This document shows positions 29,801-38,052 of a DNA stretch of 64,000 nt, piece by piece. Positions within the stretch are counted from its first letter, which is position 1; every line of letters begins with the position of its first letter. The position numbers and the translations under genes were made by a program. Origin of the DNA: Planctomycetota bacterium (lineage in GTDB: Bacteria; Planctomycetota; B15-G4); assembly GCA_965248575.1 (NCBI GenBank), contig CBDFJQ010000002.1, positions 4,672,001 to 4,736,000 on the forward strand. Direction: 5' to 3'. The notes beneath the pieces were generated by a model, which saw only the letters and a program-made list of their open reading frames with translations, made no database searches and was not told the DNA's origin.

Positions 29801-30249
29801 AGTTCGTAGTGCTCGGCAAGCCGTTCACCGTGACGCTGAAGGGTGCCCCCGGCAGCCGCTATGCGTTGGTCGTCTCACCGGAACTCGGTTGGACGGACGC
29901 CTGGAGTGCAGGTGACAAGAGCCAGGAGATGGTCTCGCTGCTTGACCAGAGTCTCGCCCAGGTGGTGCTCTTCCAGACCTTCGACGGGTCAGGCCAGCTG
30001 GAATTCACGGTGACGCTGCCGACGGACGCGGATCTGCTGGGCCGCCCGATGGCGGTGCAGATGGTGACCGAGGACGCCTCGACGGGAACGACGCGCTGGT
30101 CGAACACCGCGGCCTTCGTGCCGCTCGCGAAGAAGCTGGGCGGCCTCCTGAGCCCTCCCGCGGACGACATCGACATCGACACCGACACCGGCGAGGGTGA
30201 CGGCACCACCTTGGATGGCCAGGGCGGTGGGATGTCAGCTGGCTCCTGA
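20872..30249 (+). CDS. Giant (3125 aa) secreted beta-solenoid repeat adhesin-like protein with FN3-like domain and shared C-terminal domain
   Basis: Signal peptide; WTGTNSNVWNDPGNW cap; G/T/S/D-rich repeats; LSWETSTEVDVTDYIVQR...YTYRL. Confidence 0.9.
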   Translation: MLRTLTTLVAVLAISGTVFSQTSNWTGTNSNVWNDPGNWDAGVPTAATTVVIPSSAAAFPSLYTTGPSCNDLTIDSGASLTLSSGWDLSVSAGLTIDGTLTVTSTTSNIAVIGGWVNNGTFTDGGSTVTLNGTASLGGSSSTTFQNLTVASGTRTLSTAMSVDGDLELATGSGLDLGSLTHTVAGNWTSSGGSITVTGTGTIEFTGDGQFTTLTNSVPNVLISGGTRSMNTSTISGDLGMTGGTLQVLDFAVVAVTGDANLSGGTLAFSGLFNGLDILDVEGAVTLTSTAGTSNADSVIRVAGAWSSTSAWTPGSGTVEMDGAGAGTIGGASPTFAGLQILSGTRTAGAATVGGDLTVDAGASLVSTGVADVNGDVSLGTTGSWDLGASTHTVDGDWISAGGSATGAGGVDFDGDGVLDTGTATISNVTVSSGTRTANTSAVTGDVALTGGTLLVGDDQTFSIAGNANFSAGTLSWPATAVGFFDALVVDGNATVTSTFGTGSTFSRFRVGGDWSSTSAFNPTAGAISFDSGSAANIGGTAPVFHDLAVSNGSKTLTAAATVSGSLSVASGHTLTLSGVDLAVTGDATVAGTLALNSQVLEVTGDFTSIAGGAVVSGPGTLEFTGVGTTNTGSNAVPDVLVSAGTRSFATSSIAGNLDASAGTVDIGDNATLTVSGDVSFAVGSTLGFIDTTGGFETLDVAGDVNLSATSGTTTANTLINCTGNWTSDANWVPLAGRVRLTGGAATANATNLPDLLVLSGVKTLTAATLISGNVSVSTGATLDADAALDVDGNVILANATAVWDMGTSTHTVAGDFTSSGGTAIGTGAIAFDGTGTLATGGGSISNVEVTGGTRTAFATSITGDLGLSGTGILLIGDDATVSVTGDANLLAGTLSWFGTPSGGFDLLDVGGNVTLSAAWGGGSSLSRFRCAGDWSSTSAFAPLAGSVSLDGGSATTVGGASPTFFDLAILDGDKTINAATSVANDLVVASGQTLTLSGADASVAGDATVAGSLVMGGQTLTVAGDWTSDGGGAVLTGPGTIEWSGTGTSLGGVNVLPDVLVSGGVRTLDTLVLGGDLDVTAGTVAIADNRTVTVAGAATLAVGSTLSFLDTTGGFEVLDIEGAVICSATSGTTSANSLIDAAGDWTSDANWVPVSGRVRFDGGTTATVSATNLPTVVVLSGTKTVSVPSSVSGNLSVSNGAQLVASAAIGVAGSVSLGDGTSGWDLGTSTHTVAGDWVAVGGSATGLGTVEFTGPGALSTSSGSISNVDITAGLRTAADSDITGDLSMSGTGTLLIDDDTTVSVGGNANLTGGTLSWVGTTTGGFDVLDVAGDATIMAAFGGGSTLSRLRVAGNWASSSAFTPTVGVTSLDGASATSIGGTDPTFFDLSITDGSKTIVSNASVDGALSIDALQTLTLSLADVSVAGDVNVLGTFDMAGQTATVAGDWSSDAVGSVLTGPGTIDLTADGTLSTGANTVPGVTISGGVRTVTTSTIDGPLDVTGGTLQIADNSTVLVTGTATMALGTTLAFDDTSAGLETLDLDGDADIAATAGAMTNNTIIECSGNWISDAAFVPAGSRVRFDGGTVATIDGPSFGTVIILDGVKTMNGAATLSGNLNLASGASLVTGAALDIDGDVSLLDATASWAMGAFNHQVFGNWTSTGASATGTGTIEFDGTGTLDTGTGAIGNALVSDGTRTILGATISGDLAMTGLSTLFIEDDGTLNVDGNLNLSGGTLEWFGTGTGFFDVIDVAGDATITAAFGGGSSFSRLLVGGNWSSSSAFNPAAGQVSLNGGTVSTIGGASPTFFDVSVSSGDKTAVSNVAVGGNLTVVAGQSFTLSAADLSVDGAVTVAGSLDLGGQTATVIGSWTSSGAGASVAGPGTIVFTGTGTLATGANSVPDIQVTSGLRSAATSTLAGDLDVSGGTLSILNNSTVTVAGNATLTGSTLTFVDTSGGFEILDVEGDVLLTAASGGSSANSIIDCAGNWTSDGTWVPSSGRVRFDGGLATVSGTNFSTVTIVSGTKTFTTGSSITGSLSLISGAILDTDAAIDVDGNAILGDGSSSWDVGSFVHTVGGDWLSSGASALGLGSITFDGPGSLTTGGGTISNATVAAGLRTSQNATIAGDLALTGAATLLIDNDSTLMVGGDANLSGGTLRWFGTPSGFQDILEVAGNATVTSTYGGGSSLARFRVGGDWSSTAAFSPTAGAVQLDGGSVATVGGTNPVFFDLAVSSGTKTLDADATIGGDLQVSAGQTLILSGADIDVADDVTISGTLDMGSRTVTVVGDWISSTVGAAVTGPGTIMLTGAGVLATGVNTIPDVLSTNGSRSVSTTAVDGSLLVSGGTLLVQDNASVSVSGNASFGAAAVLAFTDTSAGFEVLDVEGDVTMTSVSGTTSVNTLITCGGSWSANGTWAPGNGTVRLDGGGITSLTGLAPDFTHSFQTLVIENGVRELTTDVTFDVASLLVAVTGELRTQGNQAVVPGIGGSTPVTIDGALNIGAGGGVAMGNPVNMTVSGTLAMNGSFGSEAQISGDGGGGYTLSVLGTLDASHFRFGGMDGNGVIISPSAVILDMDPGRFENPSPAAGSSLLNISRLTPAQFRYVDFLGAATGTFNTSSLFGSPIEFVNSSGDLSGEAFDNDPSGLVTWTTGTTTLVGFSGTGGVTSAALSWETSTEVDVTDYIVQRATSPGGPFTTVNQQSALGAGFYGYVDNGLNGSTDYTYRLLELLSHGATRLLGTTGVSTGGLLDLPSTPQVTGIGNDRAQRKGAPALIGAPLMPNPGLGSLANSASVTDLSGALANIAGVLNPVIRVAPGTYPAFEIEPVFEGTLRVLADGTGPVLIDTTEGPVRIAGLDASRSVELSDLLIGSAGTLSSGLLIEDNLGLVVLDETTVTGGSGLPAMEIFASTRVALQRSTAMGSVSVAYGSSLTVGGGSLGLLQVSGNSLVRTAGVSPALPVVESGSSLVEFGSGPHADVELPEFVVLGKPFTVTLKGAPGSRYALVVSPELGWTDAWSAGDKSQEMVSLLDQSLAQVVLFQTFDGSGQLEFTVTLPTDADLLGRPMAVQMVTEDASTGTTRWSNTAAFVPLAKKLGGLLSPPADDIDIDTDTGEGDGTTLDGQGGGMSAGS
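21100..28200 (+). repeat. Degenerate ~1260-bp (420-aa) internal repeats, each made of two ~210-aa halves
   Basis: SR(F/L)xxxG(D/N)WxSxxAFxP landmarks at 22387, 23647, 24910, 26173, 27430; half-repeat CxGxWxxD landmarks in between. Outer boundaries approximate. Confidence 0.85.
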
Positions 30250-30277
30250 GCTTCCGGTAAGCTGCGGTCCAACACTC

Positions 30278-30664
30278 ATGATTCCCTTGAGAGGTGGACC
30301 CATCAGAATCGCGTCCTTGGTTTTCGCGCTCGCGGCCACGATCTCCTTGATCGGTGCTTGCGCGTCCCAGAGTTCACTGCCAGAGGTTCGGTACTACTCC
30401 ATCTCTGACCAGTGACCCTTCTGCACGAAAATTGGAGCCGCCGTGCGCGAGCTCGAACAGTTGCATGAAGGACAGATCACGTTCTCGGTTGTCCAGACCG
30501 CAGGACAGGAAGCGGAATCGGGTGTCGAGGCGTACGGAGTGGGGAACCACGGTCTCGTGGTTTTTGATGCCAGCGGGCAGGTCATCAAGACCATCCCGGG
30601 CCACGACTTCCAGCGCGAGGAGCTCGATCAGGTCTGTGCCGAGTTGCTTGCCGCCAACGAATGA
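30278..30664 (+). CDS. Putative selenoprotein: thioredoxin-fold lipoprotein with UxxC (U-P-F-C) motif
   Basis: ORFs 30197-30415 and 30443-30664 are in the same frame, joined by TGA(30413-15)-CCC-TTC-TGC; signal LIGAC; hairpin downstream of the TGA. Confidence 0.8.
30416..30450 (+). promoter_or_regulatory. Candidate bacterial SECIS element
   Basis: Stem TGCACG(30422-27)/CGTGCG(30442-47) enclosing AAAATTGGAGCCGC just 3' of the UGA. Confidence 0.5.
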
Positions 30665-30987
30665 AGCTGTCCTACGAACGGTCCCCGTCTGGCCGAATTG
30701 CCGCCAAGGTCAGCGGGAACCTCGAGGTCGACAGTTGCACTTGCCTCGAGAACTTCTGGGAGTTGCGTCTTTCCGGGGCCCAACAGCTGGCTGTGGATCT
30801 GTCAGGGATCGATCTGATCGATGCAGGCGGTCTTGCCTCGCTCGCGAACCTGCTTGAGCAGCAACTCGAGTCGGGGGGGCATGTCGTGCTGCGCGGCGCC
30901 CGTGATCAGCTGAGGGATGCCCTCGCCAGCAGGCTCATGTGCGAGGCCGAGGTTGCTTCAGTTGCGCTCAGCTTCGAGGACTGCTGA
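30661..30987 (+). CDS. STAS domain protein (anti-anti-sigma/MlaB-like)
   Basis: VSGNLEV...LAVDLSGIDLIDAGGLASL...VVLRGA; ATGA coupling to the upstream gene. Confidence 0.85.
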   Translation: MKLSYERSPSGRIAAKVSGNLEVDSCTCLENFWELRLSGAQQLAVDLSGIDLIDAGGLASLANLLEQQLESGGHVVLRGARDQLRDALASRLMCEAEVASVALSFEDC

Positions 30988-30989
30988 GG

Positions 30990-31988
30990 TCACGGCACCG
31001 TGCCACGCACGGCGTTTGACAAGCCCAGCCCGTGGATGCTGCCCGGCTCCTCGAAGACGAACTGAAAGGTCAGCTCGGTGCCGGCTGGGAGGTCGGGTGC
31101 AGGCGTGGTTGCCGCGATGGAGCCCTGGGCGTCGGTGGCAGCGAGGAACTGCACGTTGGCGGGCAGCGCGTACACGGTGCCACCGATGGCACTGAGCGGT
31201 GCGCCGGGTGAGAGGGCGATCCAGAGCAGCGCGAGCTCATTGGGTGCTGCGTCGTACAGGTTCACGCTCATGAGGGAACCGGGCGTCAGCAGGCCTGCCC
31301 CGAGCAGCCTCGGATCCTGGAACGGTTGTCCGATGGGGTCCGGGGTGGCGCCGCCCAGGTCCTGCCACGGATTCTGCTCGGTGAGCCGCAGGTTGTCCGC
31401 GCCGACGATCCACTCGTCGAGGACGTAGGTCGACCAAAGCGTTGGGTCGCCGTGGAGGAAAGCCACCTGGGTGACGTCTTCGATGACGGTGTTCCAGGCG
31501 ATGTCCCGATCCGTGCAGACGCCAAAGGGTTCCCAGCCCGCAGGCATGGTGTTGCTCAGCGGGTCGAAGTTGAAGTCGAAGCTCTTCCATCCGTCACCGG
31601 GCCCAGGCGCCAACTCCGGTCCCACGAAGTACACCGAGCAACTGTTCGTGGTGAGCATGAGTGTGAGCGGACGCGACTGGGGGAGCTGCGTCGACTGCGT
31701 GATCAAGTCGACGCCCAGTGCGGTCACGTTGCGTAGGCGGAAGTCGCCGTCGAACACGTTGTGAAAGGAGGTCGTCAGCTGGGGCAGCTTGGTGGAGAGC
31801 GTGGAGCCGATGTAGTCGCCTGGATTGCCGCCGCTCGTGAAGTAGGTCGGGAAGCGACCGAACAACCAACTCCCTTCGTTCGCACCACCCGTAAACGTGT
31901 CCACCGTCGTCGGCCCGGAGGCCAGCGTCGTTGCTGTGAGCAGGGCCATTGGCAGCAGGCTCGTGAACATGGGCGAGAGGAGAGTCAT
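30990..31988 (-). CDS. Secreted protein (laminin-IV-like beta domain) with shared C-terminal domain
   Basis: Signal peptide; SGGNPGDYI...GADNLRL, then PWQDLGG...LSNAVRGTVP. Confidence 0.75.
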   Translation of the reverse strand: MTLLSPMFTSLLPMALLTATTLASGPTTVDTFTGGANEGSWLFGRFPTYFTSGGNPGDYIGSTLSTKLPQLTTSFHNVFDGDFRLRNVTALGVDLITQSTQLPQSRPLTLMLTTNSCSVYFVGPELAPGPGDGWKSFDFNFDPLSNTMPAGWEPFGVCTDRDIAWNTVIEDVTQVAFLHGDPTLWSTYVLDEWIVGADNLRLTEQNPWQDLGGATPDPIGQPFQDPRLLGAGLLTPGSLMSVNLYDAAPNELALLWIALSPGAPLSAIGGTVYALPANVQFLAATDAQGSIAATTPAPDLPAGTELTFQFVFEEPGSIHGLGLSNAVRGTVP

Positions 31989-32335
31989 GCGGGCGCTCCG
32001 GAATCGGGACGGTGGTGTCAGCCGGCGGCGGTTGACAGCCTGCTGGTACGAAAAAACAGCATACAGCGGCTGTCGAGAACTCCCGGATTCCAGGGTTCGA
32101 CTCGCGTTCAATTCGGTCGACAGGCCCTTTCCTCGGCGAGGCGTGGCCCTGCTGCATTGGGCAAATGAGCCGTGCGACTGGACTTGGTGCCCCGGGCATC
32201 GACTCGGACGCTCTTTGGAGACAGGAGATCGCATGGACAGTTTTGCATATCGCCCATATGGTCCATACACGACGCGCCCCCTGGAATCTCCAGGGAGAGG
32301 CGCAGGGCACACTCATCGCAGTCAGGGATAAGTCC

Positions 32336-35300
32336 ATGTCAATCCTTTGCTCGCTGGCTCTGGCGGCGCTGTGCGCTGTGACTGCAGCGCCCCTCCAGAG
32401 TGAGGCGGGAGCTCTTCCGCAGCTCCGGCTGCGTGTTCTGGATGTGACAGGAGACGGTCTCCCGGACAAGCTTGTCTTCGACGCTGACGGGACCATGTCC
32501 GTGGCGGTCAACCAGGGCAACGAATCCTTCCAGACCGTCTGGCAGGAGTTGCCGAAGGGGCGCCCCGTGTACGTGCTCGCGTCCGACTTGGACGACAACG
32601 GCAGCGTCGATCTGTACCTGGTGACCTCCAGTTCAAACCTTGTTCTGTTGGGAGATGGAACGGGTCGCTTCGTGGAGCACACAGCGCTCAGCGGATTGAG
32701 CGATACGGGCGTCGGCCAGAGCGCCGTTCGGATGGACTTGGATGCTTCGGGAGAGCTGGACCTGCTGCTACACAACAGCACGGGCGACGTGATGTTCTGG
32801 GCTCGTGGAGGTGGAGTCTTCGAGCGTGACGCAGCGAGCCCCGCAGCCGAGGTCGTACCCACGAGCGGTGTCCCCGGAAGCGGACAGCCCGGAGGTGGCA
32901 CTGCCAGCGCCAGTGCACCCGCCGGTCCTATCACGGCGGGTTCTGGCGTGCTGGGCACCGGACAAGTTGGAATCGGGTTGCAAGGCGTGACCATCGACTT
33001 TGACGACCGCTACGTGAATGACGGCTACAGCGAAGTCGACAGCGACGATGTCCTGGACGGCTCCCTGTCCGGGGCGGACATTTCGACGTCCGGCGGCGAT
33101 ATCGTCTTCGGCACCGGCTCCCTGACGGTCAACGGACCGGTGGCCGTGACCGGTGTCATGAATGCACCGATCGTGCACACAAACTTCATCCAGTTCGGCG
33201 ACAGCACGTCGCAATCCACCGCGACGGTGGTGGGCCCCGCTGGGCCGACCGGCCCTACGGGACCGACGGGCTTGGCTGGCGCTGACGGCGTCATGGGTCC
33301 CACGGGACCGACTGGTGCAGCTGGTGCCGCAGGGCTGCCTGGTGCGGACGGCGCAATAGGTCCGGCAGGACCGAGCGGCCCGACAGGTGCTGCAGGCGCC
33401 GCAGGCTTGCCTGGTGCTGATGGTGCCGATGGCGCGACGGGGCCGGCAGGCCCGAGCGGCCCGACAGGTGCTGCTGGCGCAGCAGGCTTACCCGGTGCCG
33501 ACGGTGCAACAGGTGCCGCAGGACCGACCGGTGCTGCAGGCGCGGCTGGCTTACCGGGAGCCGATGGCGCAACAGGACCCGCAGGACCGACAGGCGCAGC
33601 CGGCGCCGCAGGTTTGCCGGGTGCCGATGGCGCGACGGGTGCCGCAGGACCGACAGGTGCAGCGGGCGCGGCTGGCTTACCGGGTGCCGACGGCGCGACG
33701 GGTCCCGCAGGACCGAGCGGCCCAACAGGTGCAGCCGGTGCCGGAGGGCTGCCTGGTGCTGATGGTGCCGACGGCGCGACGGGTCCCGCAGGACCGAGCG
33801 GCCCGACAGGTGCTGCAGGCGCCGCAGGCTTGCCTGGTGCTGATGGTGCCGATGGCGCGACGGGTGCCGCAGGACCGACAGGTGCAGCGGGTGCCGCAGG
33901 TTTGCCGGGTGCCGATGGTGCCGATGGCGCGACGGGTCCCGCAGGACCGAGCGGCCCGACAGGTGCAGCTGGAACCGCAGGGCTGCCTGGTGCGGACGGC
34001 GCAACAGGTCCGGCAGGGCCGACAGGTGCAGCGGGTGCCGCAGGCTTGCCGGGTGCCGATGGCGCAACAGGACCCGCAGGACCGACAGGTGCAGCCGGCG
34101 CCGCAGGCTTGCCGGGTGCCGATGGCGCAACGGGTCCGGCAGGACCGACAGGTGCTGCAGGCGCGGCTGGCTTACCGGGTGCTGATGGCGCCGATGGCGC
34201 GACGGGGCCCGCAGGCCCGAGCGGCCCAACAGGTGCAGCCGGCGCCGCAGGTTTGCCGGGTGCCGATGGCGCGACGGGTGCCGCAGGACCGACAGGTGCA
34301 GCGGGTGCCGCAGGTTTGCCGGGTGCCGATGGCGCAACAGGCCCCGCAGGCCCGACCGGTGCTGCTGGTGCAGCAGGCTTGCCTGGTGCTGATGGTGCCG
34401 ATGGCGCAACAGGCCCCGCAGGCCCGACCGGTGCTGCTGGCGCAGCAGGCTTACCGGGTGCCGATGGTGCCGATGGCGCGACGGGTCCCGCAGGACCGAG
34501 CGGCCCAACAGGTGCAGCGGGCGCCGCAGGCTTGCCGGGTGCCGATGGCGCAACGGGTCCGGCAGGACCGACAGGTGCTGCAGGCGCGGCTGGCTTACCG
34601 GGTGCTGATGGCGCGGACGGCGCGACGGGTCCCGCAGGCCCGAGCGGCCCAACAGGTGCAGCCGGCGCCGCAGGTTTGCCGGGTGCCGATGGCGCGACGG
34701 GTGCCGCAGGACCGACAGGTGCAGCGGGTGCCGCAGGTTTGCCGGGTGCCGATGGCGCAACAGGCCCCGCAGGCCCGACCGGTGCAACAGGCCCCGCAGG
34801 CCCGACCGGTGCTGCTGGCGCAGCAGGCTTACCGGGTGCCGATGGTGCCGATGGTGCCGATGGCGCGACGGGTCCCGCAGGACCGAGCGGCCCGACAGGT
34901 GCAGCTGGAGCCGCAGGGCTGCCTGGTGCGGACGGCGCAACGGGTCCGGCAGGACCGACAGGTGCAGCGGGTGCCGCAGGCTTGCCGGGTGCCGATGGCG
35001 CCGATGGCGCCGATGGCGCGACGGGGCCCGCAGGCCCGAGCGGCCCAACAGGTGCAGCCGGCGCCGCAGGTTTGCCGGGTGCCGATGGCGCGACGGGTGC
35101 CGCAGGACCGACAGGTGCAGCGGGTGCCGCAGGTTTGCCGGGTGCCGATGGCGCGACGGGTGCCGCAGGACCGACAGGTGCAGCGGGTGCCGCAGGTTTG
35201 CCGGGTGCCGATGGCGCAACAGGCCCCGCAGGCCCGACCGGTGCTGCTGGCGCAGCAGGCTTGCCTGGTGCTGATGGTGCCGATGGCGCAACAGGCCCCG

Positions 35301-37423
35301 CAGGCCCGACCGGTGCTGCTGGCGCAGCAGGCTTACCGGGTGCCGATGGTGCCGATGGCGCGACGGGTCCCGCAGGACCGAGCGGCCCGACAGGTGCAGC
35401 TGGAGCCGCAGGGCTGCCTGGTGCGGACGGCGCAACGGGTCCGGCAGGACCGACAGGTGCAGCGGGTGCCGCAGGCTTGCCGGGTGCCGATGGCGCCGAT
35501 GGCGCGACGGGGCCCGCAGGCCCGAGCGGCCCAACAGGTGCAGCCGGCGCCGCAGGTTTGCCGGGTGCCGATGGCGCGACGGGTGCCGCAGGACCGACAG
35601 GTGCAGCGGGTGCCGCAGGTTTGCCGGGTGCCGATGGCGCAACAGGCCCCGCAGGCCCGACCGGTGCTGCTGGCGCAGCAGGCTTACCGGGTGCCGATGG
35701 TGCCGATGGTGCCGATGGCGCGACGGGTCCCGCAGGACCGAGCGGCCCGACAGGTGCAGCTGGAGCCGCAGGGCTGCCTGGTGCGGACGGCGCAACGGGT
35801 CCGGCAGGACCGACAGGTGCAGCGGGTGCCGCAGGCTTGCCGGGTGCCGATGGCGCCGATGGCGCCGATGGCGCGACGGGGCCCGCAGGCCCGAGCGGCC
35901 CAACAGGTGCAGCCGGCGCCGCAGGTTTGCCGGGTGCCGATGGCGCGACGGGTGCCGCAGGACCGACAGGTGCAGCGGGTGCCGCAGGTTTGCCGGGTGC
36001 CGATGGCGCAACAGGCCCCGCAGGCCCGACCGGTGCTGCTGGCGCAGCAGGCTTACCGGGTGCCGATGGCGCGACGGGTCCCGCAGGACCGAGCGGCCCG
36101 ACAGGTGCAGCTGGAGCCGCAGGGCTGCCTGGTGCGGACGGCGCAACGGGTCCGGCAGGACCGACAGGTGCAGCGGGTGCCGCAGGCTTGCCGGGTGCCG
36201 ATGGCGCCGATGGCGCCGATGGCGCGACGGGGCCCGCAGGCCCGAGCGGCCCAACAGGTGCAGCCGGCGCCGCAGGCTTGCCGGGTGCCGATGGCGCAAC
36301 GGGACCCGCAGGACCGACCGGTGCTGCAGGCGCGGCTGGCTTACCGGGTGCTGATGGCGCGGACGGCGCGACGGGTCCCGCAGGACCGAGCGGCCCGACA
36401 GGTGCTGCTGGCGCAGCAGGCTTGCCTGGTGCTGATGGTGCCGATGGCGCGACGGGTCCCGCAGGACCGAGCGGCCCGACAGGTGCTGCTGGCGCAGCAG
36501 GCTTGCCTGGTGCTGATGGTGCCGATGGCGCAACAGGACCCGCAGGCCCGAGCGGCCCAACAGGTGCAGCCGGCGCCGCAGGCTTGCCGGGTGCCGATGG
36601 CGCAACAGGCCCCGCAGGCCCGACCGGTGCTGCTGGCGCAGCAGGCTTACCGGGTGCCGATGGTGCCGATGGCGCGACGGGTCCCGCAGGACCGAGCGGC
36701 CCGACAGGTGCAGCTGGAGCCGCAGGGCTGCCTGGTGCGGACGGCGCAACGGGTCCGGCAGGACCGACAGGTGCAGCGGGTGCCGCAGGCTTGCCGGGTG
36801 CCGATGGCGCAACGGGACCCGCAGGACCGACCGGTGCTGCAGGCGCGGCTGGCTTACCGGGTGCTGATGGCGCGGACGGCGCGACGGGTCCCGCAGGACC
36901 GAGCGGCCCGACAGGTGCTGCTGGCGCAGCAGGCTTGCCTGGTGCTGATGGTGCCGACGGCGCGGCGGGTCCCGCAGGCCCGAGCGGCCCGACAGGTGCA
37001 GCCGGTGCAGCAGGCTTGCCCGGTGCTACCGGGCCGACCGGGCCCACAGGGCCTGCGCCCAGCGGAAGCATGGCCTCACTAAGCACCGGGGTAACGACGG
37101 CCTCGACGACGGACGTGTTGTTGACTGGTCTGAGTCTTACGCCCGGCGCAGGCAACTACATGGTTCACGCCTCCGTCTCCATCGATGCCAACTCAGGAGG
37201 CAGTCCTGAGTTCGCGGTTCTCAGTATCTACGTTGGTGGCACACAGGTCGCGAACTCGGAGCGGACGATCCTGCTTCCGCGCCAGACGTTCAACTCTGGC
37301 TCGACGCAGGCCTATATCACCAACGTCGGTGCGTCGGACGCCATCGAGGTGCGTTGGAGGACAACCACCGCCAAGCTGATCACGGCCAACGAGCGCGCGC
37401 TCACTCTGATCGAGATGAACTGA
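32336..37423 (+). CDS. Collagen-like surface protein: signal + FG-GAP/VCBS domain + long Gly-X-Y rod + C-terminal globular domain
   Basis: [31 protein letters not shown] repeats; collagen region 33233-37057; ~120-aa beta-rich C-terminus. Confidence 0.92.
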   Translation: MSILCSLALAALCAVTAAPLQSEAGALPQLRLRVLDVTGDGLPDKLVFDADGTMSVAVNQGNESFQTVWQELPKGRPVYVLASDLDDNGSVDLYLVTSSSNLVLLGDGTGRFVEHTALSGLSDTGVGQSAVRMDLDASGELDLLLHNSTGDVMFWARGGGVFERDAASPAAEVVPTSGVPGSGQPGGGTASASAPAGPITAGSGVLGTGQVGIGLQGVTIDFDDRYVNDGYSEVDSDDVLDGSLSGADISTSGGDIVFGTGSLTVNGPVAVTGVMNAPIVHTNFIQFGDSTSQSTATVVGPAGPTGPTGPTGLAGADGVMGPTGPTGAAGAAGLPGADGAIGPAGPSGPTGAAGAAGLPGADGADGATGPAGPSGPTGAAGAAGLPGADGATGAAGPTGAAGAAGLPGADGATGPAGPTGAAGAAGLPGADGATGAAGPTGAAGAAGLPGADGATGPAGPSGPTGAAGAGGLPGADGADGATGPAGPSGPTGAAGAAGLPGADGADGATGAAGPTGAAGAAGLPGADGADGATGPAGPSGPTGAAGTAGLPGADGATGPAGPTGAAGAAGLPGADGATGPAGPTGAAGAAGLPGADGATGPAGPTGAAGAAGLPGADGADGATGPAGPSGPTGAAGAAGLPGADGATGAAGPTGAAGAAGLPGADGATGPAGPTGAAGAAGLPGADGADGATGPAGPTGAAGAAGLPGADGADGATGPAGPSGPTGAAGAAGLPGADGATGPAGPTGAAGAAGLPGADGADGATGPAGPSGPTGAAGAAGLPGADGATGAAGPTGAAGAAGLPGADGATGPAGPTGATGPAGPTGAAGAAGLPGADGADGADGATGPAGPSGPTGAAGAAGLPGADGATGPAGPTGAAGAAGLPGADGADGADGATGPAGPSGPTGAAGAAGLPGADGATGAAGPTGAAGAAGLPGADGATGAAGPTGAAGAAGLPGADGATGPAGPTGAAGAAGLPGADGADGATGPAGPTGAAGAAGLPGADGADGATGPAGPSGPTGAAGAAGLPGADGATGPAGPTGAAGAAGLPGADGADGATGPAGPSGPTGAAGAAGLPGADGATGAAGPTGAAGAAGLPGADGATGPAGPTGAAGAAGLPGADGADGADGATGPAGPSGPTGAAGAAGLPGADGATGPAGPTGAAGAAGLPGADGADGADGATGPAGPSGPTGAAGAAGLPGADGATGAAGPTGAAGAAGLPGADGATGPAGPTGAAGAAGLPGADGATGPAGPSGPTGAAGAAGLPGADGATGPAGPTGAAGAAGLPGADGADGADGATGPAGPSGPTGAAGAAGLPGADGATGPAGPTGAAGAAGLPGADGADGATGPAGPSGPTGAAGAAGLPGADGADGATGPAGPSGPTGAAGAAGLPGADGADGATGPAGPSGPTGAAGAAGLPGADGATGPAGPTGAAGAAGLPGADGADGATGPAGPSGPTGAAGAAGLPGADGATGPAGPTGAAGAAGLPGADGATGPAGPTGAAGAAGLPGADGADGATGPAGPSGPTGAAGAAGLPGADGADGAAGPAGPSGPTGAAGAAGLPGATGPTGPTGPAPSGSMASLSTGVTTASTTDVLLTGLSLTPGAGNYMVHASVSIDANSGGSPEFAVLSIYVGGTQVANSERTILLPRQTFNSGSTQAYITNVGASDAIEVRWRTTTAKLITANERALTLIEMN
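33233..37057 (+). repeat. Collagen Gly-X-Y repeat array (3825 bp, 425 triplets)
   Basis: Units such as GAT-GPA-(GPS)[12 protein letters not shown](GAD)n; long near-identical DNA blocks. Confidence 0.95.
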
Positions 37424-37467
37424 TCGTCTGACGTCGCAAGGCGCGTGGTTCGCGAGAGAAGTACGCC

Positions 37468-37899
37468 CTACTTCCCGCCTTTGATCACCGTCCTGACGCC
37501 TTCGTGCTCAATCGTGCCGCGCTCCACCAGCCTGAAGGCGTTCTTCCGCGCCTGCAACAGGAGCTTCTTGGCCGCAGGTGATTGGACATCCACAAGCCTC
37601 TTGAGTTTGAGGTGTCGGATGCGCGTGCCCGTTCCGTGCAGGAGGCGGTCCGGGTCTTCCAACAGGGCCCCCGAGGGAAGGCTGATGTTGATGTGTTTCC
37701 TGTAGACGATGATGGCGCAGTAGCAATCCCAGGCCTTCGTCGTGAAGCCGTAGCCGATGTTGAATGACTGCGCCGAGTTGCCAGCCAGTTCGAAGGCTGG
37801 CAGGGTTTTCTGCTTCAGGTACTCGCGCAGGGACTGAGCCAGCGAAGCGATCTCGGCGCTGTACGGCTCGAGGAAGTCTTCGATCTGTTGTTCGGTCAT
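37468..37899 (-). CDS. DUF1801 (YdhG-like) protein
   Basis: IEDFLEPYS...HINISLPSGALLEDPDRLLHGTGTRIRHLKL. Confidence 0.85.
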   Translation of the reverse strand: MTEQQIEDFLEPYSAEIASLAQSLREYLKQKTLPAFELAGNSAQSFNIGYGFTTKAWDCYCAIIVYRKHINISLPSGALLEDPDRLLHGTGTRIRHLKLKRLVDVQSPAAKKLLLQARKNAFRLVERGTIEHEGVRTVIKGGK

Positions 37900-38052
37900 T
37901 CAGGAACTCCTGAGCGAGACCATGGGGCGGTGCACGCCGGCGGACGGATATGTGTCGTCAAAGGGCCCGCTCAGCTTGCCCTTGCTCCCTCCCAGGGTAG
38001 GGTCGAGTGCCGGTGGGTGGGCCCTGAAGCCCCTCCTCACGTGCCCCTGGGG

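Noticed and set aside
30982..30990. STAS gene ends Cys-TGA-Gly, resembling the TrxR C-U-G motif
   Set aside because: The domain is complete, readthrough would run into a convergent gene, and no SECIS or redox context supports it
32088..32105. GGTTCGACTC resembling a tRNA T-loop
   Set aside because: No complementary T-stem, acceptor stem or CCA
33233..37057. Repeat array as a possible CRISPR
   Set aside because: Coding tandem repeat without unique spacers; no cas genes
33025..37155. Long alternative-frame and antisense ORFs (1376, 1173 and 1231 aa) over the collagen gene
   Set aside because: Shadows of the stop-free Gly-X-Y repeat in high-GC DNA
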